Shown piece after piece: positions 1 to 14,620 of a stretch of DNA of 64,000 bases. The notes under the pieces were generated by a model. That model made no database searches. It saw nothing but the letters and a program-made list of their open reading frames with translations, and was not told where the DNA came from. Position numbers and translations under genes: made by a program. This stretch comes from Octopus sinensis (taxonomy: Eukaryota), in NCBI RefSeq assembly GCF_006345805.1, contig NC_043003.1, positions 1,798,001 through 1,862,000 of the forward strand. Reading direction: 5' to 3'. How positions within the stretch are numbered: the stretch's first letter is position 1; each line of letters starts with the position of its first letter.

Positions 1-525
1 GTCGACTTTGCCTTTCATCCTTTCAGGGGTCAATAAATTAAGTACCAGTTGAGTACTGAGGTCGATGTAATCGACTTACCCTCTCCCCCCAAATTCCAGG
101 ACTTGTGCCTATAGTAGAAAGGATTATTAAAGTGGCAAGTTGGCAGAATCATTATCACGCTGGACGAAATGCTTAGCGGTATTTCGTCTGTCTTTACGTT
201 CTGAGTTCAAATTCCACCGAGGTCAACTTTGCCTTTAATCCTTTCAGGGTCGATTAAATAAGTACCAGTTACACACTGGGGTCAATATAATCAACTTAAT
301 CCGTTTGTCTGTCCTTGTTTGTCCACCCTATGTTTAGCCCCTTGTGGGTAGTAAAGAAATAGGTATTTCGCCAATCCCAACAATCTGAGTTCAAATTCCA
401 CCAAGGTTGACTTTGCCTTTCATCCTTTCAGGGGGTCAATAAATTAAGTACCAGTTACACACTGGGGTCAATCTAATCAACTTATCCCCATCCCCAAAAT
501 TTCAGGCCTTGTGCCTATAGTAGAA
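1..525 (+). mobile_element. Cluster of three partial/complete family A tRNA-derived SINEs
   Basis: Repeated GAGTTCAAATTCC B box and GGTCGACTTTGCCTTTCATCCTTT...TAAGTACCAG body. Confidence 0.8.
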
Positions 526-2317
526 ATGATTTTATCTGTGGTCCTTTCAAAGATTTCTGGTCTTGATTGTTTTTGTATTTGGTTTGCAGGATCCTTTATG
601 TGAATTCCTGTGTTGAAACAAATCTCCGTGTCTTGGGAGTGTCATTACACCAATATGAATAACACATGCACCGGTGTGAGTGTTTATTTAATATTGGCAG
701 AAAGACTCTTCCTAGCTAATTCCCGTATCTACCTTCCCCTTTTCTTCTTTCCTAGTAGGTAGGTTCCCTAGAGGCCAGTCAGACAAATGTTATGTTTTAA
801 CCGAGGAGAATATTACACAAGTGCTCTCTTACACAATTACTTGAAACATGTATATTAGATGCATTCAAAATATCAACATTTGGTTTTTGTCTTTATGACA
901 TATATTGATTCCATTCCATATTCCATAACAATCTGTTAAGTCCTTGGCTTCAATTACATGATTAATATAGCAAAAATTTAGGAGTGGCGTGTTTTACTGG
1001 ATCCATCATTATCATTTAACATCCATTTTCCATGTTTGCATGGGTCAGACAGTTTGATAGGAGCTGGTAAGACTGGGAGCTGCACCAGGCTCCATTGTCA
1101 GTTTTTGCATGGTTTCTACAACTGGATGCCCTTCCTAACACTAACTATTTTACAGAGTGTACTGGGTGCTTTTTGGACCCAAGTCAAAAAATTCTGGTAA
1201 AGTGCATCAAAACAGACCCTTCTCTCCCTCGATGTAAATATTACTCCACAGCTTTAACTTGCAACTGAATAAACTTGGTAATGTGCCATGCTTTTCCTAA
1301 TTGTTTTCAGTGCCTTTGTAATTGCAAGAAGACAGACATCTCAACTGCCTTGAACCCAGTAGAATAACCAGAATAACACAGCTGGAAGGAAGGACGGCTG
1401 CACCAACACTGAGCTGGCACTCATTCTCAGCAACATGAAATAAAGTGCCTTGCTCAAGGAAACAAGACACTGCCTGGTCTAGTAATTGAACCCATGACCT
1501 CACAATCCTAACACACTAACCACCAAGCCACAGATCGTCTCCTACATACATACATACATATATGGTTGTGTGGTTAAGGATAAGTGCAGGCATGGCTGTA
1601 TGATTAAGAAGCTCACTTTGCAACCATGTGGTTCTGGGTTCAGTCCCAGCACGCAGCACCATAGGTAAGTATCTTATACTACAGTCCCCAGTCGACCAAT
1701 ACTCTGTGAATGAATTTAGTAGACAGAAACTCTGTGTGTGTGTGTTTCTTTGCCCACCACCTCATGACAAATCGGTGTCGGTTTACTTACGTCCCCGTAA
1801 TATAGCGATTCGGCAACAGTGACCGGTAGGGGTCGATTTGTACGACTAAAACCGTTCAACGAGATGCCCCAGCGTGGCCACAGTCCAATGACTAAAACAA
1901 GTAAATAGTCAAACACACACACGCACGTATACTTCTTCTATAAACGGTTGAGAGTTACAATATAAACAGTACATTTGTTTATAACGACCAACTTTCGAGT
2001 AAAATCTATTAAACATTTGGGGAAATTAATGACGCATGTTCCTTGCCATTCGGCAATAATCCACACAACACGTTTCACACGATAACGAAACTACACATCA
2101 CTTCAGAATGATGGATAGTATTTATAGATGTGTGTCTTTGTTTATTCTGGGGGACAATTTTACCTTAGACAGCGCTGTCGAATATTATCTGATAGGATTT
2201 CATTTTACCTACTTCGTAGCGAGCAGGGATAGGTTACTGCGACTAATGTTTTAGTGCTTAACCTAACAACCATACCTCTTATTGATTCAATGAATAAACT
2301 AGAAACTTACGCCAGGG

Positions 2318-2422
<105 letters not shown>

Positions 2423-3296
2423 TGCATACAAGCAAACATGGACATATACGTGTATGGGTGTATGAGGTAAACCAGAAGGAGAGACTGTAAGTGGTTATTA
2501 GACCTACAAGAAATAGCAGCCGAAATCTCCCACAAGCACACTATACCGTCTTTAAAAAATAGCGTGGCTATAGGTTACCTACATAAGTGTCTAAAACAGG
2601 GTCTAAACAGCAACACAGCAAGAAATTTAGGGATTGTACTGCAAAATAAACAAACTCCCCCACAGACACACACATATACGCCCACACATGTTTTGTCAAT
2701 GAAACTATTCAATTCAGACAGGTGCAGTGACACAAACGCATAAATGCATGGCTGTTAAATAATTAAAATGTGCCTTTTTTTTTACCTTCAACAACAATAC
2801 TTAACTAGTTGTAACCTCTGTTATTGTTGTTAACTTATAATATGTGTGTGTGTCCGTGTGTCCTATACATAAAGTGATGGTTGTTTATGAAATACAAACA
2901 CCAAACTACTTTGACAGAAATTAGTCAGAGAGGGTAACAACAGGAATAATTTTGTCACACCAACCATGCTAGTAGTATGAAGCCTTCGATACACACGCGG
3001 GGAGTCTATTATTAACTAATAATTGCCATGGGAGAAACTCGAGAGTTTAGAGTTTCGTGTTGTGACACCTGTGAATCTCACCTTTTATGAATAGGGGCAT
3101 ACCTTACAGAAGTGAGCCAAACAACACCAAATTTGTTTCTTCATAACTTTAAGAAAAATAGATGTCTTTTGATATAATTTTCTGCAAATATCTTTCAGAT
3201 GGCGGAGATAGCAAATTTTCTGAAAGTTTTGAGGGAACAAAATTCGGAGCGGGGACACAACTGTTTAGGTATGACTATACTTTATACGTACATACA

Positions 3297-3341
<45 letters not shown>

Positions 3342-3350
3342 TATATATAT

Positions 3351-3446
3351 GCGAAAGTAAATAATACGTACACCCGGTGGTTAAGGGTTAGGACTGGGGC
3401 TTTTGTTATGCCGAAAACGGGTGGTGTACGTATTCTTTTCCTTCGC
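3351..3446. mobile_element. 96 bp MITE-like hairpin in a (TA)n run
   Basis: 24 bp terminal inverted repeats (21/24 match), internal TTAAGGGTTAGG. Confidence 0.5.
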
Positions 3447-3979
3447 CTATATATATATATATATTATTAGAGAGAGAGAGAGATGTAGAATAAAATGAAA
3501 ATAAAGATAAACATTAGATGGAATAAAATAAGGAATGATGAGAGAAAGGAGTGAGAGATTGGTGAGAAAACAGAAAACGGTTGAGACATGTTTTGAAAGA
3601 TGTGGGGGGGGGGATGTATTGGGTCCAAAGAGATTTGAAAGTAGAAAACGGATGCAGCAATGAAGACGTGTGTTTGTGGATAGCAGGGATGGAGAGAAGA
3701 ATGGAAAATACGGTGAAGACGAATGAGAGATGGAGTGAAGAGAGATGCTTATGAAAGGGGTTGAGTTGAGAGATAAGAAGAAATGTAAATAATGAAGAGA
3801 TGTGAATGAAATATAAAAGATGTGATATAGAGCAGAACAGAATTTAAGAAGAAGAAGAAGAATAGAGGAAGAAAGAGAATGTGTTTATATCCTTTAAAAA
3901 TAAGAGAAGAATATTGAGTAATGAGATGAGAGGAACGTATGTGAATGATTATATTAAGGAGATAAATAGGATAGAGAGA

Positions 3980-3991
3980 CAGACAGATAGG

Positions 3992-4032
<41 letters not shown>

Positions 4033-4230
4033 GGATAGAAAGACATAGATAGGATAGATAGATGGATAGACAGATATATATATATATATATATATAGATA
4101 GATAGAGATAGATAGATACATACATACATAGATAGATAGATAGATAGATAGACAAGTAACAGACGGACAGGTAGGTAGGTAGATAGATAGATAGATGGAT
4201 GGATAGCTAAACAGATAGATAGATAGATAG
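3980..4230. repeat. (GATA)n/(TA)n/(GTAG)n microsatellite in TTC17 intron 1
   Basis: Seen directly. Confidence 0.9.
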
Positions 4231-4588
4231 ATGTGTGTATGGCTGGGAGTTTCTTGCCTCTTCGAAGAGTGAGAGGAAACATACCCAAGTGCAACGGTAG
4301 ACGAATAACGGACCGTCGTCTCTCATCTGCAAACATAATACGATGCTGTGTGCAGAACATAAAAGTACATTCACACACACACACGTCTGTGTGTACGTAC
4401 GTACGTACGTATGTATATTTATATATAAAGATATATATATATACATGTATGTATATGTATAAAGCTCTGGGATAATGGACAGTCGTACAGCAATAATATG
4501 ATGATTATTTAACACGCTTATGGGTTTTTTGTTGTTGTTTGCGTTGTTATTGTTTGGTGTATATAGTTGAAATTGAATGTGAGACTAC

Positions 4589-4702
4589 CTGTGCTTGAAT
4601 CCTTCCATCCTCGGTAACAACCCAGTGAGTTGCAGTCTGAACTGCCTCCAGATAAACGATGAGAAGCAGGGAAAATATCAACAGAACGACACGAGCCGCC
4701 AT
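4589..4702 (-). CDS. TTC17: Tetratricopeptide repeat protein 17, first coding exon (38 aa with signal-peptide-like N-terminus); rest of gene lies left of the window
   Basis: Translates MAARVVLLIFSLLLIVYLEAVQTATHWVVTEDGRIQAQ. THWVVTEDGxIQxQ matches the TTC17 N-terminal motif as I recall it. ATG in caatATGG context; phase-0 GT donor at 4588-4587. No exon 2 found in 1-4588. Confidence 0.85.
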
Positions 4703-4739
4703 ATTGAAAGATGGTAATGAATATTCATAAGATAGAGCG

Positions 4740-4749
4740 GTCACGTGAG
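4740..4749. promoter_or_regulatory. E-box / CLEAR-like motif GTCACGTGAG about 40 bp upstream of the TTC17 ATG
   Basis: CACGTG core with TC/GA flanks, 9/10 to GTCACGTGAC; motif match only. Confidence 0.3.
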
Positions 4750-4986
4750 ACCTGCCAAACAAGTATTGTCAGAATTGCCCAGTTTAACTATTCTCTTATT
4801 CCGTTCCATTCTATTCGCTTTCGGTTTTGTTTTTCATTTGTTTATTTATTTATTTATTTATTTATCTTTTTAATTTCTGCGCGTTCTCTCATTTGATTCA
4901 CTAATGTGAAGATTGTGCATACGTATTGCATTCACATTAGGTTCACGAGCAGCAATATATACACACACTCACATATATATGTGAGT

Positions 4987-5020
<34 letters not shown>

Positions 5021-5489
5021 CTATATCATCATCATCATGATCATATAACATCCGTTTCCCATGCTGGCATGGGTTGGACGGTTTGACAGGAGGAGGAGGA
5101 GAGCTGCCCATGTCTGTATTGGCATGATTTCTACAGCTAGATGCCATTACATACATCCATCATCAGCTGCCAAACAGATACCATTATGGTTTTGACACTT
5201 GGGCAGTACCATTCAAGCTGACAGTATCAACAGTGTCAAAAACATAAACACTGCCTGGGAGAAACACACACACACACATGTAATTTGACATAGAGATATT
5301 GGTGATGGTGCCAGATAAAAAGTACTGGTGTTGGCACCATATATTATATGGCATATAAAAAGCATTGGTGCAGGTACCATGTAAAAACACTGGTGCTGGT
5401 GCCTGTTTGCTTGCTTCCTGCTCCTGCTTGATGGGTCTAGGATCTTCCCAGGTTAGTGGTGCCAGAAGTGTCATCATGCATAGAGCTGA

Positions 5490-5680
5490 CCAGGTCCCCC
5501 TGTGCTCCCTGTCACTGGCAGTCCTATTCCAGCCCCTTTACATCCTCCAAGATGACGTCAAGCCTCTGGATATCTTTCTTAATCACATCTGGTGTGGGGC
5601 CTTCCATGGGGCCCTCTTCTAGCCTACAACTGTTATGTTGAATGAGAGTAAAGCGCTGGAAGGACGATATGATGAAAGGC
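5490..5680 (-). pseudogene. Degenerate RTE-like LINE 3' end
   Basis: EGP...PDVIKKDIQRLDV resembles the GRP-x-x-TW-x-D-x-IKKD tail. Confidence 0.45.
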
Positions 5681-6792
5681 AGAGGACATGTCTGTACCAA
5701 TGTATGCAATGGATAGCTATGAGGTTGCGGGCTGATGCATGCACGCATGCAGTTCTATGTTGGAAGCATGATGATATCATCTGATGCTTCTCAGGGCTCT
5801 GCTATTGAAGATGTCAATCCCCTTTGACCAACTGGTGCTTATGTTATCCACTTGAAAAGGATGAAAGGCAAAGTTGTCCTTGGTAGAATTTAAACTCAGA
5901 AATTCTAGCTAGCAGAGTGGCATCATTTGAAAGCTACCACAATGCAAGGAAACACACTGTGACTAGTGGGGTTTGACAATGTCTGGTAGTCTGGCTGGTA
6001 CAGTAATACAGTGATATATATATATCATCATCATTTAACGTCCGTTTTCAATGCTAGCATGGGTTGGATGGTTCGACCGGGGTCTGGTAAGCCATGGAGG
6101 CTGCATGAGGCTCCAGTCTGGTTTAGCAGTGTTTCTACAGCTGGATGCCCTTCCTAATGCCAACCACCCGTGAGTGTAGTGGGTGCTTTTTACGTGAGGG
6201 GCCAGAGGAGACTGGCAAATGGCCACGATCGGTTGGTGCTTTTATGTGTCACCGACATGGATGCCAGTCAGGCAGCGCTGGCATCTGCCAGGTTCGGACG
6301 GTACTTTTTACGTGTCACTGGCATCTTAACTACAATTTCCATTTGATTTTTATTTTGATGTTGGTGTTGACGTACTTGACACAATAGGTCTCCTCAAGAA
6401 CAGCAGGTCACCCTATGATCCAAGGTTAGCACAGCAGGTCATCCTGCGAGCCATGAACTCATTTCATTTGTCGGGTTTTCACAGTCACAGCATATCTCAG
6501 GGGTCTCAATCTTCGTCATTTCCTCTGTGAGGCCCTACGTGCCACCGGCACGGGTATCACAACTACAATATCCATTCGATTTTTATTTTGATGTTGATGA
6601 ACTTGACACAATAGATCTCCCAAATTGAAATTGACAGAAAAACAAAAGACGAAGACAGGTGTATTAGTTTGACACTCAGGAAAGTGAGAAAGTCTTTTAC
6701 ATTTCAAGCCAATGCTCTTTCACAGAAAGGAACATGAGGAAATAAACAAATTGTAGTTAAGGCACCTGTGCCAGTGACACGTAAAAAAGTAC

Positions 6793-7001
6793 CTATTTCT
6801 TTACTACCCACAAGGGGCTAAACACAGAGGGAACGAACAAGGTCAGACACACAGATTACATCAACCCCAGTGAGTAAATGGTACTTATTTAATTGACCCC
6901 AAAAAGATGAAAGGCAAAGTCAACCTCGGCAGAATTTGAACTCAGAACGCAGCGGCAGACGAAATACTGCTAAGCATTTCCCCCGGCGTGTTAACGATTC
7001 T
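6793..7001 (-). mobile_element. Family A SINE
   Basis: Reverse complement of the copy at about 130-370. Confidence 0.8.
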
Positions 7002-7267
7002 ACCGTCTGAACCTGGCAGATGCCAGCGCTGCCTGACTGGCATCCATGTCGGTGACACATAAAAGCACCAACCGATCGTGGCCGTTTGCCAGTCTCCTCT
7101 GGCCCCGCACATAAAAAGCACCCACTACACTCACGGGTGGTTGGTGTTAGGAAGGGCATCCAGCTGTAGAAACTGCTAAACCAGACTGGAGCCTCATGCA
7201 GCCTCCATGGCTTACCAGACTCCGGTTGAACTGTCCAACCCATGTATGTATATGTATATATACACAT

Positions 7268-7307
<40 letters not shown>

Positions 7308-9468
7308 ACACATATATTTTACTGCAATGGTTTTGTTAAGCAGCGTAGACTTATATATAAAGCAATATGAGTTAATGTTTTGCTAATAGCTTTACCAAGA
7401 TTTAAGGCACTTAAACTGCTCCACTAAAAAAACATTCCAAATCCTTAAAACAAATTCCACCTCAGGAAACAGCTGGAGATTGTCCTGTGTCGCTGTGACT
7501 TCAATGACACACCACTTTATATTAAATGACTCTGATGTAAGTGATACATCACGCATAATTTTGAATGTTTCCTCAGATTGAAAGTCATGGAACACTTTGA
7601 ATCCAGCCTCTGAAAACTGATAACAAAGATTCACTTCCATAAATTTTGTAAATAAAATTCTGCCTTCCAAAATAATTTGAAACATGATTTTTTTTTTTTG
7701 CAAACAACTTGAATGTGCAAGGACTACCAGTTGAAAGCTCCACATATCGGATGCCAGCAAGTTTATGGGGTCATCAGGAGAGAATGCATACCATTTCGGG
7801 GCCTAAAAATAAAATTGATAATAATAATAATAATAACATAGTAATCAATTAAAAATAGGAAACAGAGAGCCTAATTACAGCAAGCAGGATCAAGCAATGA
7901 AAACGAACAACTTGAGGGAAAATGCGTTAGAGAAATGTAAAATCTGTGCATAACTGGACCATTTAAAAAACCTTTGAATCATCAAGCAATATGATGCGCT
8001 TGAGAAGACCTGTTGAGTCAAGTGAAATCGTAGTCATGACTGATACCAGTGCCGCCTGACTGGTACCCGTGCTGGTGGCACGTAATAAGCACTGTTTGAA
8101 CGTGGATCAATGCTGCCGGTGGCATGTAAAAAGCACCATTCGAGCATGGGTCGATGCCAGTGGCACATAAAAAGCACCATTCAAGCGTGTTTGATGCCAG
8201 TGCCACCTGACTGGTACCCATGCTAGTGGCACGTAATGAGCACTATTCAAATGTGTATCAATGCCAGTCCTGCCCGAGTGGCTCTCGTGCCAGTGGCACA
8301 TAAAAAGCCCCACGCCTACGGGGCCAGTGCCATGTAAAAAGCATGGAGTGGTTGGCCGTTAGGAAGGGCATCCATCTATAGAAACATTGCTTGATCAGGT
8401 CGGTGCCTGGTGCAGCCTCCTGGCTTGCCAGTCCTCAGTGAAACCTTCCAACCCATGCCAGCATGGAAAGCAGACGTTAATCAATGATGATGATGAAGAG
8501 TTAAGTTACAATTACAGCCATAATGAAGGAAAATTCATTAGTGTAAAGGATGATTCCTCTCAGAGTGGTCAATGGCATTTATTTGAACAACATGGACGAA
8601 TACAGGTATATCAAATATCTTACAACATAAAGTTTTGGTTCAACATAATTATCTCTTCCTCCAGAGGACATGTCATAATTACCAAATAGCAATTAAGACC
8701 AGCCCCACTTAAGAAGGGGAGATAATATCAGGAGTCAAGAATTCTCCAAAGTTGACACGCCATTAAGGAAAAGAACAGGTTTATTGTCTGGTGATCAAAG
8801 AACTGTCATGGACACCCGTGCCTGGCTCATTGTCACCAGCTCTGCAATTGGTTGACCCTATCTTCAGTAGCCAACAGACAAGGTACCTGATACACCTATA
8901 TTTATCTACGTTACTCAAATGCATGCCACTGGCCACTCTGAGTTATTTCCGTTTGCTTATTCTTGCTTAAATTATGCAAATAACCAAAAACGGATGTTAA
9001 ATAATGATGATGATCATCATCATCATCGTTGTCATTTAATGTCTGCCTTCCATGCTGGCATGGGTGGGATGGTTTGGCAAGAGCTGGCCAGGAAGAAGCC
9101 TGTACCAGACTTCTTGTGACTGTTTTGGCAGGATTTTTACAGCTGGATGCCCTTCTGAACACCAACCACTTTACAGTGTGGACTGGGTGCTTTTAAGTGG
9201 GTCCCTGTACTGACAGGGTAACCAAGTACTTGCAAGACAAAATTAAAAAAAAAACTTTCAGGAGGGAAGGGGGCATTGGAGGAGGTGATCTTGTGTCAGA
9301 TGATGAAAAGGTTATAGTGAGACAGAGAGACTGAAACAGGTGTCTTGCTGTATAGGAGGTACAAGGTTACCTGGTCGGAGTGAGAGAGATCAGGAATGAA
9401 GACAGAATGAGGTGTGCTACTGCAAAGGAAATACATGGTTCCCCAACCTGAGGGAAGTGCAGGAGAAG

Positions 9469-9499
<31 letters not shown>

Positions 9500-11310
9500 T
9501 GTGGGAAGATGAATATTCACAATAATGTTGAAAAACATTTACAACACTTTTGATATCACGTGAAAAGTAGATTATCTTTCATTTTCACAAATTTGACACC
9601 TGAAGCTGATATAAACTTTATTAGGTCAAACTTCTTCAATTTCAAATCAAACACTTTTTAATATCTTGATGAGCAAATAACTTTATTGAACCAATCTACA
9701 GGTCAAAGTTCACACACTTACTTCATAATTTTCCTTAAACAATGCTTTCTTTCTAAAAAAATAAGCAAGTCAAGAGTAAGAAGTTTATTTATTCTTTTAT
9801 TTGTTTCAGTCATTTGACTGCGGCCATGCTGGAGCACTACCTTTAGTGGAGCAAATCAACCTGACCCCAGGACTTATTCTATCGATATTTTGCCAAACCA
9901 CTAAGTTACAGGGTCATAAACACACCAGCATTGGTTGTTAGGCGATGGTGGAGGGATAAACACACACACACACATATATATATATATACACACATATATT
10001 CGACAAGCTTCTTTCAGTTTTCATCAACCAAATCCACTCACAAGGCTTTGGTCAGCCCGAGGCTATAGTAGAAAACACTTGCCCAAGGTAGCACACAGCA
10101 AGACTGAACCCAGATCCATGTGGTTGGTAAGCAAGCTACTTACCACACAGCCATTCCTGCACCTGTTTAAGTAATTTCTCTTAATAATAACTTTTAAAAT
10201 AAATGGTTGCATCATTAAAATGAATGAGGTCCTCATCAACAGCCAACAATGTTAAACAAACCCCATTTCAGCTTTGGCTGCTCCTGTATTGTTTATCTAT
10301 TTCTTGTTCGTCATTAGACTGCGGCCATGCTAAGACACTACCTTGATGAATATTTTGTTGAATGAATCAACTTCAGTACATATTTTGTTTTTTTAAGACT
10401 GATATTTACTCTATGAGTCTCTTATGTTGGATCCCTAAGTTATAGGGACATAAACAAACCAACACTAGTTATTGAGCAGTGGCACAGGAAACACATACAC
10501 ACACATGACAGGCTTCTTTCAGTTTCCATCAACCAAATCCACTCACAAAGCTTTGGCCAGTCTGAGGTTACAGTAGAAGACACTTGCCCGAGATGCCACA
10601 CAGTGGGACTGAACTTGGAACCACATGGTTGGGAAGCAAACATCTTACCCACACAGCCATATCTGCACCTCCATGGGACATTTAAAAAATTTTCTTTCCT
10701 CTTTCAATTATTCAAAATATTGAGATATTTTCTAGACATAGTAAATCTAACACAAAAACAAAAAGACAACACAAGAAGGACAAATTTTAAGAAACATTGT
10801 CTTTATTTTAATTCTTAAAACAACTGACTTTCATCCGCTCTGTTACACCTGGCCAGAATCAGTGTGTGTCAGTTTATCAATGCTTTTTTTCTTGCTACTT
10901 AAAACCATTTTACCTGTTAGCCATCATTCACTCGTTAATGTTGCTCTCTCCACCTATGTTACATTGATCATCCACCCTACCCACTGAAGCTCCAAATTAT
11001 CTCCCTTCATGCACTACACCTGTCTCCCTTTCCTCCTCACCAACATCTCATCTTTCTCTTGTCCCCCCCCCCACCCAGTCAACTGTATCATCATTATTAT
11101 CCCACTGCTCTCCCCTGCATCCTTCTACCTTCCCCAACTCCTGCTTCGCTGGTCTTCCCTCACTGCTTATCCACCAATCCCCACTCCACCTTTCACTCTT
11201 ATCCAATCTTCATTGTTGCCTCCTACCTCTTCTCCTCTCTTACTCCCCCTTACACTCTTCACAAACTTTCACCAACCAACACTCTTAGTTCTTCTGTCTC
11301 CAATCATTTC

Positions 11311-11541
11311 TTATTTCTTTATTGCCCACAAGGGGCTAAACATAGAGGGGACAAACAAGGACGGACAAAGGGATTAAGTCGATTAGATTGACCCCTGTAC
11401 GCAACTGGCACTTAATTTATTGACCCTGAAAGGATGAAAGGCAAAGTCGACCTCAGCGGAATTTGAACTCAGAACGTAGCGGCGGACGAAATACCTCTGA
11501 GCATTTCACCTGGTGTGCTAACGTTTCTGCCAACTCGTCCC
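11311..11541 (-). mobile_element. Family A SINE
   Basis: Full-length reverse-complement copy. Confidence 0.8.
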
Positions 11542-14239
11542 CAATCATTTCTATTCACCTCATACCTTGAGGGGCCACCAAGACACCCCCCCCTGATGTA
11601 GCTCTTTGCAGCTTCTATTGATCATTCTGACATCCTCTTCTAAATAACAGAAACAATGAAGCTTCTCTACAACAACAAGGCAGTGCTCCAGCTTGGCCAC
11701 AGTCAAGTGACTAAAACAAGATAAAGCATAGCATGCCAACAACCTGCTCTGTCCTCCCTTCTCTCATACTGTAATCCTTCATCTTCCAGTGTAAAGCTGA
11801 CCCCAATCTTCGGGGTCCATAGTCTTCTGAGCTGCACAGTGAGCACCTGGTACACACTATAAAGTGGTTGGCATTAGGAAAGGCAACCAGCTGAAGAAAC
11901 CATGGCCAAGCAGACACAGGAGCACAATGCAGTCCTAGAATCATTGGATCTTTTCAAATTGTCCAACACATGCCAGAATGGAACATGGACATTAACGATG
12001 ATGATGATGCTTAAGGGTGTTTGTGTACATGTATGCACAGGATTCCAGTAATTCTAGAATACATATAATCTCAAGAAAAGGGGTCGCTGGTTTGCAATAC
12101 AGATAATGGAGGGTGTCCTTACTGTTGTGTATAGGTTGATCAACAGTACGACAAAATCTATTCAAAGGTTATGCTGTGTACTAAATTAATTGATAGATAA
12201 GCTAAGCAGGCAGTACCATAAGCCACCCTCTTTACCTGGGAATTGCAAAGAAACAAAATTTGGTCAAAGAGCAAAAAAAAAGATCAATTAAAAATATTTT
12301 CATTTATCTTATTTTTATCAGGTTTCTTTTTAGAATTTAGAGTGCAGCTATACTGAGGCCCCATCTTGAAGACAATTGATCCTATTGGCCTCAGTAATCA
12401 CTCCAGTAGATATTTTATTGATCTATATTTGTTAAACTGCTAGGTTTAGTTTTATCTTGTTTTAGTCAGTGGACTGTGGCCAAGCTGGAGCACTGCCTTA
12501 AAGGGTTTAAGTCAAACGATTCGACCCCAGAACTTATTTTATCAATCTCTATTGCTCAACTTATGAGTTGTGGGGACATAAACAAACCAACATTGGTTAG
12601 TTTTAACAAATACCATATTAGTTTGAGAAAGAAAAACGGGAAAGATTATTTAACATTAGTCCTTAACCAAAAGAAAAGAAGAAGGGTGGGGAGTGAGGGG
12701 TTAGGAACCTGGCATGAATGTCGTTCTATGGGGGTCAGATTTAAGAAAGGAGGAAGTGTGTGTATATATACATTTATAGGAATATATCTGTGTGTTGAGA
12801 TAGTCATAAGGCGGGGGAGTGGTGTATGTTTTTTTTGGGGGGGAGGCTGTGTGTGTAGGTGTGTCAATGCAGAAGTATAGTGGTGTACGTCAGTGAGGCG
12901 TGGTGTTGGTGTATGCATGTAATTGTAATGTGTGTGTGTGTGTGAGTGAGGAAAGTAGAGAAGTGAGGAGGTGGTGAAGGTGTGGGTGGGAAATAAAAAG
13001 AAGGATAAGAGAAATGGGGAGGGTTTTGATGTGAGAGACTGTTGCATGGAAAGAAGGTGTGAAGGGAGCAAAGGTTGGGCTCAGGGAGAGAAGTGAGAGA
13101 AGAATACAAGAAAAATTGGAGAAAGAATGGTTACAATACAACACTGGTACCAACATTTGGGGGTCAAACAACAACAACAGCAGCCGTTTTGGAGAAATAC
13201 CATTAAGGAAGTTTCATGTGAAGCAGGTAGCTATACTTAGCAGAACTGGGTAGATGTTTGTAGTATATCATCATCGTTTTAACATCCACTTTTCCATGCT
13301 TGCATGGGTTAGAGAGAATTTGTTGAGGTAGATTTATCTATGGCTAGAACCCCTTCCTGTCGTCAACCCTTATGTTCCCAAGCAAGGCAATATTTCCCCA
13401 TAGCCAGACATTTTTCATGGAAAACTGGAAATGGACAACCTTGTGTGTGTGATGCTCATTTACAACTGTCACATGACACCGAGACAAGGGCTTCTGCAAA
13501 CACACACACACGACGGGCTTCTTTCAGGTTCTGTTTATCGAATCCATTGACAAAACATTGGTCAACCTGAGGCTATAGTAGAAGATGCTTGCTCAAGGTG
13601 CCATACAGTGAGACTGAACTCAGAACCAGATGGTTGGGAAGCAAGCTTTTTAACCACACAGCGATGTGTATGTGTAAAATGTGACCAAGTATCTACGAAT
13701 GTCAGATGTTGGATCACTGACTTCCAAGGACATCAGTCATTACAGGTTTATAGCATTTTTTTGTACTCTTAACATTACAACACAATTATTGTATCAAATT
13801 GATTCCAGGAGTTTGGTCTTGTAGCTAGGGTGTTAGGTTCACAATCATCAACTCACAGGTTCAATTCTTGGACCAGTTGGCATGTTGTGTCCTTGAGCAA
13901 AGCACTTCTTTTCCAGTTGTTCCAGTCTACTCAGCTGAAGATGAGCCTCAGCCAAGTGACACTACAGCTCCCTCTCCCTCCAGGGATCAAATCCTTGATG
14001 TTCCACGCAGTCAAGATTAAGAGGGTTGAGAAGATGTCTATGGACACCTAAAACAATAACAAAAGCATGGTACTTGCTATTAAGCCACACATGTTCATGA
14101 ACAACAGCTATGGCACAGACAAGGGTCTCCAACTACATGGTTCTGGGTTCAGTCCCACTGTGTGGAACCTCGGGAAGGTGTCTTCTAATATAGCCTCAGG
14201 CTGATCACAGCCTAGTGAGTGGATCTAGCAGACAGAAGC

Positions 14240-14620
14240 CTGGCCCAGTTAAGAGTACCCCTGATGCGTAAAATGCATCATCCAAATGTGGTCGATGCCA
14301 AGTCTGCTTGACTGGCTCCTGTGCTGGTGGCATGCAAAAAGAACCATCCGAACATGGCCAATGCCAGTACCATCTGATTGGCTCTTGTGCCAGTGGTACA
14401 TAAAAAGTACTGTCCAAACTGACTGGCTCCTGTGCCAGTGGCACGTAAAAAGCACCCACTACACTCTCGGAGTAGTTGGTGTTAGGAAGGGCATCCAGCT
14501 GTAGAAACCTTGCCAGATCAGAGTGGAGCCTGGTGCAGCCTCCTGGCTCTCCAGACCTCAGTCAAACTGTCCAACTCATGCCAGCATGGAAAACGGATAT
14601 TAAACAGTGATGATGATGAT
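14240..14620 (+). mobile_element. Family C copy with several internal repeat units
   Basis: Three GTGGCAC-TAAAAAG-type units then the conserved tail. Confidence 0.7.

Noticed and set aside
7392-7760. 122 aa minus-strand ORF
   Set aside because: Non-ATG start, crosses a homopolymer run, no recognisable domain; only a vague SPD motif upstream.
8040-8345. CRISPR-like repeat-spacer pattern (GTGGCAC-TAAAAAGCAC recurring)
   Set aside because: Internal tandem units of the family C retroposon; degenerate, no cas genes, eukaryotic context.
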